Assembly (NCBI RefSeq): GCF_003918875.1
Contig: NW_025767056.1
Coordinates: 62,001-126,000, forward strand
Direction of reading: 5' to 3'
From: Haliotis rubra
Lineage: Eukaryota
DNA length: 64,000 nt
Shown here one piece after another: positions 1 to 12,750 of this stretch; positions within the stretch are counted from its first letter, which is position 1; each line of letters begins with the position of its first letter. The notes beneath the pieces are model-generated. The model searched no databases, was not told the DNA's origin, and saw only the letters and a program-made list of their open reading frames with translations. The translations under genes were made by a program, and so were the position numbers.

Positions 1-670
1 TTGATACACAGACAATAACAACAGGGCTGAACCAGGCGTTACACATCTCATGATGATGATCATGTGATATACTGGAACTCCTGCCAGTGGAGACAAAGTG
101 TTTACCACGAGAACAATAGGAAGAGGCGGAAATACTCGGTCAAGTGGGTCGTGACCGTTGCTCTAGAAATCAGGTATAAATGCACCATGTATTCAATGGC
201 AAGGAGACTTGGTTTCGGCGACTCACCACGAGTCATACAATGCCTCAATTCTAGTTATCTAGACTTGTTTTAAGTCTGATATTGTTCCCACTGTAAATAT
301 ATGCCTTATGAGGTATTGCTGTATATCCATGCCCATTAAACCTTCATCTTTAAATTCACCTGAATCCTTGTTGCAGTTTGAGCTCATGATCTTCCAGATC
401 GGGTTACTGCTACAAGTGGAGTTAACATAGTGAACATGAACGATGTGACATTAATAATGATCTGTCATGACAGTGTGTTATCATGATAAATGTTAAGCAG
501 ATGTGTTCCATCTATATGACATGTAAGTAAAAATGAATGAAGATTTGAACTTTGTTGTTTCTATGATTCACCCAACCCAGGAGGTTAGGGCAGTAGTTTT
601 GGCGGACTGTGTTGTTTCATAAGTGCTAATACGTAAAGGCTTTTGATTTCGTTTGATATCTGAAATAATA

Positions 671-1745
671 TACCTGAGTCAAAAAGAAACTTCACAAAAT
701 GTAATTTTGAAAAATAATGAATAATTTTTTTCTGAAGATACATCTATGTATCCGAAATTGGATTCCTATCTTTCGACTCTAGAAAAACGTTAGCAAAACC
801 CCCTCAAACCCATCCATTCGTCGTGCAAATTATGTTAGTGCCAAATCAGGTTTTGTACGTGCACTCGATCACGTGATCTTCGCATCGAAGTTTTCTTCAT
901 ATGCACGTGTTTGCACCACAGTTCTAACGGTACTTGAAATGCCACGATTGTCAAATGTGCAACATGAATGTGCCGTTTGCATGTTGCAAGCGGGAAGATC
1001 AGTTATTGACATCGCAAGAGCAATGGGATGCAGCCGTTGTTCTGTGTATGACTTGCGAGGTCGTCTACAACAAACTGGCACCACTTCTGATCGCCCAAGG
1101 TAGGGTCGTCCAAGTGTGACGTCACGAGCAGAAGACCGTCCTAGGTCACAGATTTCTGCCGGCTACACGAACCAGGGCTGAGATGTTTAGAGGTCGACTG
1201 TCCCTCACAGACCATTCTGAAATCGGTTGCGCTGGCTGCCAATCTCCATTCTCGACGTCCATATCGTGGGCCAATATTGACGCCGTTTCATCAACGTCGG
1301 AAAACGTTTGTTGTGGGCCCAACGTCACTCCGATGGACCCAGAGAGACTGGAATCGAGTTGTCTTTTAGCGATGAATCCAGGTTTACCCTCAGATTCGCG
1401 GACGGCAGGCATACATTCTTGGAGACGACGTCATGAACAGTATGCCCAAAGTTGTGTACAGGAAGTTGACAGATTCGGGGCGGAAGTTGCATGGTGTGGG
1501 GTGCTTTCTGTGGGAACAACTGTTCCCGACTTCTGGTCATCCGTGGAAACCTCACAGCTGCTGCTTACCGCGACCAGGTGCTCACCCCTGAAATCGTTCC
1601 TTTCATGGCGGCTCATGGCCCAGGTCTACAGTTCCAGCATGATGATGCTCGGCCACATACCGCGATGGTGACACGGAATTTCCTTCAAAACGCTGGAATC
1701 AACGTCATGGACTGGCCATCCAGGTCCCCTGACCTTAATCCAATA
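671..1745 (+). mobile_element. Tc1/mariner transposon, 3'-truncated (transposase pseudogene 939-1745)
   Basis: Paired-like HTH MPRLS...AVCMLQAGRSVIDIARAMGCSRCSV...TGTTSDRPR*GRP. Catalytic region VWGAFCG...FQHDDARPH...DWPSRSPDLNPI is cut just before the DD34E Glu. Contains stops and frameshifts. Left end is approximately TA-TACCTGAGTCAAAAAG; no right TIR. Confidence 0.9.
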
Positions 1746-2372
1746 GATCCAGCTGTTGGCTCAGCACTTTGACAGGCCCTTGACTGCTAAAGGGTATGTG
1801 GAATGGCTTACTGTGAAGAAACAGATTGTGAGGATGCTCAGTTTTGAAGAAAATCTTCACTTTGTGCAGGTATGGGAAAGGGTTTTGACAACTAATGATC
1901 TGAAAGGTGAAAACAAGGACATCTTAGCCCTGGTTCGAATAATCCTTTCACTGCCTGTGAACTCGGCAATATGTGAAAGAGGGTTTTCCCTCATGAAGAG
2001 AGTGAAATCTGACTGGCGAGGTTCATTGAGGAGTGACACTCTGACAGATCTGCTTTCTGTATCAGTGAATGGTCCAGCCACACATGATTACAACCCAGAT
2101 GCTGCCATTGCACTATGGCTCACGAAGAAGAACAGGAGGATTGCTGCAGCTGGAAAGAGAACACAGACAGAGCAGGCATGGAGCAGTGATGAATCTGAGT
2201 AACGACAAGTGGGTAAACTTCGGAATAAAACATCTAAATGATTCGATAGCATATTTCTTTCATGACATGTTGCAATAAAAGCAGTGCAACTGGAATTTGG
2301 CTGGTGCAACTAGGTTTTTATCTTAGGGTGCACCTGGTGCAAGTAGGTTAACATCTCTTAAATTGAGCCCTG
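1746..2372 (+). mobile_element. hAT transposon 3' end with C-terminal dimerisation domain (ZNF862-like)
   Basis: ORF 1756-2202 contains ILSLPVNSAICERGFSLMKRVKSDWRGSLRSDTLTDLLSVSVNGP. The terminus ...GAGCCCTG at 2372 is the reverse complement of a CAGGGCTC hAT-type TIR. Confidence 0.8.
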
Positions 2373-2389
2373 CAGTATATAACAAAACT

Positions 2390-3056
2390 ATATTCCAACG
2401 AGCCAAACCCTGCATATAACTGTGTCCTCTATCCCCTGTATGAGGATCTGTATAAGTCTTCTTTTGTTCCGCCTCTTGGTAATAGAGTGAAACCTTTCCT
2501 TTCTGCTGCTGGCATTGTGCTGTAAAATATAGCTCTTTCCCGCCTTCTTTCTTCTCCTCCTTGGCAATAATAATTGGTGAGGCCACGAGTTGACCTAACA
2601 CTAACAGCATTTAAAAAATCAAAAACTAATGAATTACAATATAAATGAGAATTTAGTCAATTAAAAAGTAAATACAATACATATAAATCCTTATTCACAG
2701 ATGGATCCAAGGATGGTGGTGCAGTGGCTTGTGCCACTGTCATTGGGTTCAAAAGACCCAATGACAGTTCAATTTTCACAGCAGAAGCAAACGCAATTCT
2801 AACAGCTCTTAAATATATAAATACACGCACTAAATATAAACAATATATCATATTTTCAGATTCTCTTTCTTGCCCTCAGGCTATAAAAATCTTTCGTGTA
2901 AACATCCACTTTTAATCGAAATAATTGAGTTATATAATGATCTTGCCACTGGCCAATACGACATAGTCCTTTGTTGGTTACCAAGCCACGTAATCTATAC
3001 CTTGCTTTAGTCACAATATGGCCAGTGTGACTTAAAATCTTTACTCACTCACTCAC
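2390..3056 (+). mobile_element. Internally deleted I-clade LINE fragment (RT C-terminus/RNase H pieces plus CACT tail)
   Basis: FTDGSKDGGAVACATVIG...SSIFTAEANAILTALKYI...IIFSDSLS (RNase H). Same family as the minus-strand LINE next door. Ends in ACTCACTCACTCAC. Confidence 0.85.
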
Positions 3057-3123
3057 CAATCACAAATCTACTGTAATAAGGAGTCATGTGTATATTTTCT
3101 CTATTTGTTTCTCATGCATGACT

Positions 3124-5817
3124 TGAGTGAGTGAGTGAGTTATTATTTAACGTCACATCGGCAATATTTCAGCCATATCGTGACGAGAACATTTGACAGG
3201 GTAATAGAATATATATAGTTATTATAAAAACCTGCCGACGAAGGACAGTAAAAATAATAGATAATCACAGATATGAATATAAAACTAGCGAACAAAGCTA
3301 AAATATTCCAATTAAAGAAGACAATACAATGTAAAAATGGGCTATAGATCGCAAACAACTGAAGGTAGATCACCATACTCAAGGCCCAAGGGGGCTTACA
3401 TTACTTTTGCTACCTGCATGGACCCTAGCTGGATTTATAACCTCATCCCTTCAGCCATTGGCGTTTATACTGATATTTAGCCATACATTAAAATGACATT
3501 AAAATACTACGATTAAAAAACCTGGTAGACTGAAATTTACTTGAAATGTTTTGGGACTTACGTATCCTCTCAGGAGGACAATAATTTTACGCCACGTCAA
3601 CCCTTTGAGGGCACAGCCACTAACAATCTAAGTTAACAATCTAAACTACCAATCATTAAAATACATCTACTTTCCTACAGACATTATTAATCAAAATCAG
3701 TGATCAAATCAATTTCTTTAAAACCAAGAATTAAATGAACATGAACAGGCGTTAAAAAGATCCCTTAACAGTTTTAACATTGTAATTATTTATCCCTTTA
3801 TGATGGAGATTTGACACAGTCAAGCAGGAGATGCTTGACTGTGACTTTCATCACAAGGGATACAAAACGGAGGATCTTCACCTTCAACAAGTAGTTGTGA
3901 GTATACCTTAGGTATGGCCAATGCGACATCGTCGCATAATGACCTCTTCAAATCTGGACTGACAACCCAAGTGAGTGTAACCAATATAAGGTTTTATTTC
4001 ATGTAGTTTATTAATACCTACTTGAGTGTCCCATTCTCTTCTGCATCAGATCACGGATGTAAGATCTAATGCAAGCTTTGTAATCAGAGTATGGGAGCAG
4101 AAGTGGTGTCACAGATTTGTTGAGAGCTGCCTTAGCAGCAATATCATCGTTATCGTGTTCCCAGAAATGCCAACATGGCTGGGTAACCAACAAAAGACGC
4201 CCGATTGGCCAGTAGCAAGCTCATTATACACCTAATAATTTCTAATAAAAGTGGATGTTTGCAAGAAATATTTTTATAGCCTGAAGACACGAAAGAGAAT
4301 CTGAAAAGATGATATATTTTTTATATTTACGGTGTTTATTAATATATTTAAGAGCTGTTAGTATTGCGTTTGCTTCTGCTGTGAAAAATTGAACTGTCAT
4401 TGGGTAGTCTGAAGATATTATTTTGGGATCCAATGACAGTGGCACAAGCAAATCAACTACCACCATCCTTGGATCCATCTGTATATAAGGGATTTATATG
4501 TATTATATTTATTTCTTAATTGAATTTAAATTCTGTTTATACCTGTAAATCATTAGTTTCAGATTTTTTAAATGTGGTTAATGTTAAGTCAACGTCTGGC
4601 CCTCACCAATTGCCAAGGAGGAGAAGAAAGAAGACGAGAAGGAGATATATTCTCCAGCCCAATGCCGGCAGCAGAAAGGAATGGTTGAATTCCCAGCCCA
4701 AGAGGCGAAACAAGAGAAGGTTTTTGTTGCATAAATCCTCATAGAGGATTAAAGACGCAGTTAAATGCAGGATTAGACCTGCTGAATACAGTTTTGTTAC
4801 ATATACCTGTAAAGATAGTTTGATTACCACGTTGCAAGGATGGCTCACTCATCAGCCTCAACACATAGAGACTATCAATAGGAGAGATTCTAAAAGACCC
4901 AAGACAAAGTCTAAGGCCTTTGATGGTGGACAGAATCAAGTAGTTTAAGGTTGTTTTGTAATTCCACCATAAAACGATGGAAGCATAATCAAGTTTTGAA
5001 CGCACTAAAGCGATCGATATAGATGTAGGAGGGTAGCTTTGATCCTCCCCTTCACTTAGAATTGGAAACGACTTCAACAAGTCAAGTGCCTTCAGGCATT
5101 TAGTTTTAAGTGCTTTAATATGTGGTAGAAACGTTAAGTGTGAGTCAAAAAATAACACCCAAGAACTTGGCCTCTTTCATAACTTTGATGGTGTGCCATT
5201 TAGAAATAGTTCCGGTCCTTATGCGGTTTGTATTTACGGCAGAAATGTATACAATTAGTTTCGGATTTAGAAAATTTAAAGCCATTTTCGAGACACCATT
5301 TATCTATCTTGTTTAAACACAACTGCAGTTGCCGTTCAATAGTATGCATATTTTTACCGCTTGACAAGAAATATTAAATCATCCACAATGATCCATCTAT
5401 TGAATCATTTAAAACTTGATAAACTGTTTATCTTAATGTTAAACAGTGTGACAGACAAAATACTGCCTTGAGGGACACCCCTCAATCCTGATTATAATGG
5501 TCAAACAGGGTTGAGCCCACTGGACTGAAATTGTCTATCATTTAAAAACTTGATATAAATTGAGGCAAACGGCCCCGTATCCAAAATCATGTAAATCTCT
5601 CTCAAAATACCATATTTCCACGTAGTATCGTATGCTTTTTCTAGATCGAAAAGATCGACACTGCATGTTGTTTATTAATTATGGCATTTTAACAAAGATT
5701 CCAAACGCACTAAATGATCAACAATTGTACTTCTGTTTTTACGGAAACCACATTGTATATCAGTTAATAGGTTATTGGTTTCCGGCAGCACCAAACTAAT
5801 CGATTATTGATCATGCG
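3124..5817 (-). mobile_element. I-clade (Nimb-like) LINE 3' half, indel-rich duplicate copy
   Basis: Near-identical to 5925-8587 but with many 1-bp indels. Contains RT, RNase H, 3' UTR and (CACT)n tail. Confidence 0.85.
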
Positions 5818-5924
5818 TATGCCAGTGTGACTTAAAATCTTTACTCACTCACTCACCAATCTGGAAATCTACTGTAATAAGGAGTCATGTGTATATTTTC
5901 TCTATTTGTTTCTCATGCATGACT

Positions 5925-8900
5925 TGAGTGAGTGAGTGAGTTATTATTTAACGTCACATCGGCAATATTTCAGCCATATCGTGACGAGAACATTTGACAG
6001 GGTAATAGAATATATATAGTTATTATAAAAACCTGCCGACGAAGGACAGTAAAAATAATAGATAATCACAGATATGAATATAAAACTAGCGAACAAAGCT
6101 AAAATATTCCAATTAAAGAAGACAATACAATGTAAAAATGGGCTATAGATCGCAAACAACTGAAGGTAGATCACCATACTAAGGCCCAAGGGGGCTTACA
6201 TTACTTTTGCTACCTGCATGGACCCTAGCTGGATTTACACCATCCCTTCAGCCATTGGCGTTTATACTGAGATTTAGCCATACATTAAAATGACAAAAAA
6301 TACTACGATTAAAAACCTGGTAGACTGAAATTTACTTGAAATGTTTTTGGGACTTACGTACCCTCTCAGGAGGACAATAATTTTACGCTACGTCAACCCC
6401 TTTGAGGGCACAGCCACTAACAATCTAAGTTAACAATCTAAACTACCAATCATTAAAAATACATCTACTTACAGAGCATATTAATCAAAATCAGTGATCA
6501 AATCAATTTCTTTTAAAAACCAAGAATTAAATGAACATGAACAGTGTTAAAAGATCCTTAACAGTTTTAACATTAAAATATTTATCCCTTATGATGGAGA
6601 ATTCGACACAGTCAAGCAGGAGATGCTTGACTGTGACTTTCATCACAAAGGGATACAAAACTGGAGGATCTTCACCTTTCAACAAGTAGTTGTGAGTATA
6701 CCTTGTATGGCCAATGCGACATCGTCATAATGACCTCTTCAAATCTGGACTGACAACCCAAGTGAGTGTAACCAATATAAGGTTTTATTTCATGTAGTTT
6801 TTATTAATACCTACTTGAGTGTCCACTTCTTCTGCATCAGATCACGGATGTAAGATCTAATGCAAGCTTTGTAATCAGAGTATGGGAGCAGAAGTGGTGT
6901 CACAGATTTGTTGAGTGCTGCCTTAGCAGCAATATCAGCCATCGTGTTCCCAGAAATGCCAACATGGCTGGGTAACCAACAAAAGACGATGTCGCATTGG
7001 CCAGTAGCAAGCTCATTATACAATTCAATAATTTCTAATAAAAGTGGATGTTTGCAAGAAATATTTTTATAGCCTGAAGACACGAAGAGAATCTGAGAAA
7101 AGATGATATATTGTTTATATTTACGGTGTTTATTAATATATTTAAGAGCTGTTAGTATTGCGTTTGCTTCTGCTGTGAAAATTGAACTGTCATTGGGTAG
7201 TCTGGAAGATATTGTTTTGGACCCAATGACAGTGGCACAAGCAACCGCGCCACCATCCTTGGATCCATCTGTATATAAGGATTTATATGTATTATATTTA
7301 TTTCTTAATTGACTAAATTCCTGTTTATACTGTAAATCATTAGTTTCTGATTTTTTAAATGTGGTTAATGTTAAGTCAACGTCTGGCCTCACCAATTGCC
7401 AAGGAGGAGAAGAAAGAAGACGAGAAGGAGATATATTCTCCAGCTCAATGCCGGCAGCAGAAAGGAATGGTTAATTCTGTGCCCAAGAGGCGGAACAAAG
7501 AGAAGGTTTTTTTGTTGTATAAATCCTCATAGAGGGATTAAAGACACAGTTAAATGCAGGATTAGACTCGTTAGAATAGAGTTTTGTTATATACTGTAAA
7601 GATAGTTTGATACGACGTTGGGTAAGGGATGGCTCATCAGCCTCAACATAGAGACTATCAATAGGAGAGGTTCTAAAAGACCCAAGACAAAGTCTAAGGC
7701 CTTGATGGTGGACAGAATCAAGTAGTTTAAGGTTGCTTTTGCAGGCTCCACCATAAACGATGGAAGCATAATCAAGTTTGGAACGTACCAGTGATCGATA
7801 TAGATGTAGGAGGGGTAGCTTGATCCCCCCCACTTAAGTGGAAACGACTTTCAACAAGTCAAGTGCCTTCAGGCATTTAGTTTTAAGTGCTTTAATATGT
7901 GGTAGAAACGTTAAGTGTGAGTCAAAATAATACCCAAGAACTTGGCCTCTTTCATAACTTTGATGGGTGTGCCATTTAGAAATAGTTCCGGGTCCTTATG
8001 CGGTTTGTATTTACGGCAGAAATGTATACAATTAGTTTTGGATTTAGAAAATTTAAAGCCATTTTCGAGACACCATTTATCTATCTTGTTTAAACACAAC
8101 TGCAGTTGCCGTTCAATAGTATGCATATTTTTACCGCGACAAGAAATATTAAATCATCCACAATGATCCATCTATTGAATCATTTAAAACCTTGGATAAA
8201 CTGTTTATCTTAATGCTAAACAGTGTGACAGACAAAATACTGCCTTGAGGGACACCCTGATCCTGATTATAATGGTCAGACAGGGTTGAGCCCCTCGGAC
8301 TTGAAATTGTCTATCATTTAAAAAGTTGGATATAAATTGAGGCAAACGGCCCGTAATCCAAAATCATGTAAATCTCTCAAAATACCATATTTCCACGTAG
8401 TATCGTATGCTTTTCTAGATCGAAAAAGATCGACACTGCATGTTGTTTATTAATTATGGCATTTTAACAAAAGATTCCAAACACTAAATGATCAATTGTA
8501 CTTCTGTTTTTACGGAAACCACATTGTATATCAGTTAATAGGTTATTGGTTTCCAAGTACCAAACTAATCGATTATTGATCATGCGTTCCATGGTTTTGC
8601 AAACGCAGCTAGTGAGTGAAATTGGTCGATCATTTGACGGATCAGTATGATCACGTCCAGGTTTTGGAATTGGAACTATTATTGCATCACGCCATGAAGG
8701 AAATTCACCGGACGTCAAATACTATCAAAGATATGTAGAAGTGTCTCTAAACAGGATTCCGGTAAGTGCTTCAGAAGTTGATAATGTATGTTATCAGCTC
8801 CTGCAGCAGTATCGTGAACTTAGTCCAAGAGCTTTATAAAGCTCATGAATAGAGAATAATTCATTATAGTCTTCCCCATTATCCGTGTTGAAATTAATAG

Positions 8901-9817
8901 GTTTCGTTTCTTGTTGCTGTTGATATTTTTGAAATTTAGGTACATAGTTGGAGGAAGAAGAGGGCTTAATAAAGTTTCACCTAGTTTATTTGCAATATCT
9001 GAAGTATCTGTTAATAATTCATTTCCAATTGTAAGGTGGTGAATGCCAGTTTTAGAGCCTTTACCTTTGATTTTTTGTACCATATTCCATACCTTGGACA
9101 TGGGTGTACGTGAATTGATGTTTGAGACATAATTTTGCCAAGATCGACGTTTACTTTGTTTAAAAGTACGCCTAGCTTTGGCATTTAAGATCTTAAATTT
9201 ATTGAGATTATGGACCATAGGATGGCGACGGAAATAGTGTTCAGCTTTTTTCCGTGCCTTCCTTGCTTGTTTGCAGTTGTCATCAAACCATGGTTTTCGT
9301 ATGTGAGCAACAGCAGAGGACTTAGGACTTCCTACTGATACACAAGTCCCATCTAAACAGTAGCTTCGTCTGAAGTTGTGACCCAAAACCCCAACGAACA
9401 AAAGGCTTCTTTGCAATACACAGGAACCTTGGATTTTAAGTTCATGGTTCAACAGAGACAACTCCTTAAACCACATGTTGGTGTTTATTATGCTGTAGCA
9501 TACTTCAAATACCTGAAAGAATATGCTGAGGGGTTTAGGGATCGTGTCACACTGTTCTGTGTAGACGACAAGCACAAAGTGAAAGATGAAGAGTCAGGAT
9601 GTCCTGTTGCTGCTGTAGATAGAGGACGGCAGTGATGGTTGGATTAAATGAACATTTCAAGTGGCAGATCATGACTTTACCAAGTTGTCAGAGGACTTAG
9701 GAATACATTCATCAGCAATGATATTGAGTTCATCAGAAAAACATTTTACGGGATCAAGAGTGCCCATGAAAAGTTCAGGTTTCAATTTGCTAATGCAAAG
9801 CGTTTCAAACAAACAAT
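5925..9817 (-). mobile_element. I-clade (Nimb-like) non-LTR retrotransposon, 5'-truncated, RT plus RNase H, frameshifted
   Basis: Motifs RKPWFDDNC, WRDAIIVPIPKPGRD...RPISLTSCVCKTMERMINNRL, QCGFRKNRSTIDHL, GVPQGSILS, FSKSKTNC, LVRSKLDYAS and RNase H YTDGSK...IFTAEA...WLPSHVGISGN. 3' hairpin and (CACT)n tail at ~5925. Confidence 0.9.
9328..9688 (+). mobile_element. 361-bp insert encoding a Zator-like DDE transposase fragment, flanked by a 14-bp direct repeat
   Basis: Translates to KFMVQQRQL...YFKYLKEY...CVDDKHKVK...PVAAVDRGRQ(V)MVGLNEHFQVADHDFTK. CAGAGGACTTAGGA is duplicated at 9314-9327 and 9689-9702. The Zator assignment comes from the recalled DDK...DHDF motif. Confidence 0.55.
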
Positions 9818-10464
9818 GTACTTGTCTTAGAAAGAGAACTGTACATGAACCGCAAAATTGTGATAAGAGAATGACAATTACTTTCAGAAATGTCACAGGC
9901 TTAAAACAAAACAGAGTTATCTCACTTATACAATTATACACACACTATACCATTGAAGAGTTATCTCCCTTACATCAGTGTGCCAAGCAATGCACCAAAG
10001 TTCAAATCCTGGTACTTTTAAAATAATACATACAATGTGAAATTAATGATTGAGTCGGGCAAGGATTTACATGGATTCCTGTATTTGAGGGTCCCTGGGA
10101 CTCAAACTCTTAATTTTCAGGGGTCATGGACAACAAAATGGGGGTCCCAGACACTTAAATATTACCATTGCTACTGTTATTGTATTGTGTATCATGATCA
10201 TCAAATAGTTACAGTAATTAAATTGCAAATAATACCATAACCTAGCCATTTTTAGCAAACTCCGTGATAACGTATTGTAAAGTATTTAGACTTTTCCTGA
10301 GTCCCTGTGGACGCGCAAATATATTTTGTAGCGTCCATTGTCATACTTTATGCGTATAGGACGCAGGAATTCGCGTCCTGTAACTCCCAATGACATGGAA
10401 AATTCATTTCTCAATACAACTTGCCTACTCATCCTGGTGGTGCCATACTCCTCCTCTGGATTTC

Positions 10465-11098
10465 TTCATGAAAAAATCTTAAGTTTTAAATTATGAAATT
10501 GCTTAGCTAAGATTTTAGATAAGACTGGATCATGAAACTGTCGGAGCAAACTCTTAGCTAAGACTAAAACAGCTGCCATGGCAATTTTAGAATCATCTAA
10601 TCATGTTCGGTCACACTTTATTAATTGAGCAGAAGTTTACTAGAAAGCACCTACTCAGACATTCCAAGCAAGTCAATTGAAGCTTTTATCCCTGTCGCGG
10701 GAATTTTAGTGGTTTTACGGTATGGGAGGAACTCAACAGAAGTTACGTATTAGCAGTTTGTTTGTCAACTCAAACAGGTGCTGGAATATCGTCTGACTGA
10801 GTCACTCAGCTGTCAGTATGACGGAGAAAAGCTCAGACACCGAAGAGAAGATCCAACTGCACCCCTCAATAGGAGACGATACTCATCGAAGAGGTGACCA
10901 AGAGGGAGAGTCTCCTCTTCGGAAAGCTGGACGGGGTCAGTCGGACAAGAACAACATCACAACAAGAAAAAAATCAGTGCATGGGAAGACGTTGCAGCGA
11001 TTGTGAACTCGTAAGTTGAGATTAATTTGCTTGGATAAATATATACATTCTATCACAAATTAATAGCTAAAATACATGGAATTATCATGAAACGGCCC
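10465..11098 (+). mobile_element. Harbinger-derived non-autonomous element with Myb/SANT exon remnant (10818-11010)
   Basis: Frameshifted PKRRSNCTPQ*ETILIEEVTKRESLLFGKL...KKSAWEDVAAIVNS followed by GTAAG donor. Right end CATGAAACGGCCC is Harbinger-type. Left boundary is approximate. Confidence 0.65.
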
Positions 11099-12750
11099 TC
11101 CTGTTATCAGAAATTTGCTGGCCGCCGAAAATGATATTGGACTCAACCTTAACGACGGGCCACTATCAGTTCTGTTGTCAAGTGACGTCATAGTTCGACA
11201 TTCGAGTGGCTTTCGACTGGCAGATATTCTGGGTCAAACAAGTCAAAGCTAACCCAAATTCCCGTTGTGTTTGACATGGTTTAATTGTTCGACGACGTCA
11301 TCGCGGTCAATTACTTCATTGTTTCCTTTTCTTTTCAACACAAATTGTGGGCTTTCTTGTCTGGCAGTTAATGGTCCTAACCTCAACAACTGAAAAAACA
11401 AAATGTTTCTACTGATGAATTTTAAATGCACTATACTATAAAAGTTTTTGTTTTTTCTTTGACTGTTGATGGACTGGAATATTTTAAGATCCGTTTACTA
11501 AATTCATTTCCAAAGACGTATATACACAGGATTGGAAGCCTCCACTGACAGTCTCGCTCTGATGTGGGTCGCGCTCATTTGCCGCAACAGGGGTGTCTGC
11601 GCGCTGTGCATCGTGGGTAATTCGCTAACGCTGGACACCGGAAAGGATAGCATCATATGTGGGATTATGTCAGATAAATGCGGCATTTAGATAGCATTTC
11701 ATGAATCAAAGGTAAGAATTATCATTACTTAGAACATAAACGAAAGCCACCGGCATCTGTTTTCAAAGGATTAACTATTATTTTTGGCAAAGAATCCTTT
11801 TGAACTGCTGGCCAGTCGTCACTTGTGGCGCTGACTTCGAAACCAATATGGTTGACACGCTCAGTTTGCAAAATTGTACATTATGTCCTATTTGTGCGTC
11901 AATTTACGTTGCAGGGGGTGCAGGAAGTCCTTAGTTACTTTGGTCAGATAATGGAACCATTTATTCTCTATGTACTTACGATGTTGTAAATGGTTAAATA
12001 TATTTTTTATTTATAGATTTTCACTCGCGATTGTCATGATATTTGTGTCAAATAGAAATATTCAGTGGCATCGTCCATATCCATTGTGATTTTTTTGTCA
12101 CAATTTCCAAATCATGCACTGAACCATATTTTCCAGACAAAATGAATTTTAAAATTTCAATTTATGTTTGTTGTATTCATGAAGAATTTTATTAGTTTCA
12201 CGTCAATTTCGCCCTCAAAACATGCAATTAAAAATGTTAAATTTTATCTGATCACTATTCACCTATGTACATGATGTATCACCATCAGTAGTCCTGATAT
12301 TTTCGTTTTTTTTTATCGGAAATATTTGATTGTCTTATTTTGATAAAATGATAGAATACATGTCTATTTAACCCAAAGTAATGAAGATTTTTAGAAAACA
12401 TATATTACAAATATGTATATTGCAATATTTGTTTTGGTCTGTCATGGTCTATAGCATACTACTTGTCGAGTTGGTAGGAATCTTTATTTCCACATGTTTT
12501 CAAGATAATGCATGTCATATATGATAAAAATGTATATTGATATGGTCTATTTATATTAAATGCATTGAACCACAATGAATTTTCTGAATGATATAATTTC
12601 AAAGTCTCTGTATCAATAATTTATCTTACTTTTTGGTGTATATTGCCATATACTCTGTGCTATGTATTGAGCTCATAAGAGCTCATGCAGGTGTTTGTAA
12701 GTAATATATTTTTGTGTTTATCATTGTTCATTATGTCTGTTGTATCTTAG

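Noticed and set aside
10040-10385. Possible non-autonomous DNA element with GGGAC/GGACGC subterminal motifs
   Set aside because: No clear TIR pair or TSD.
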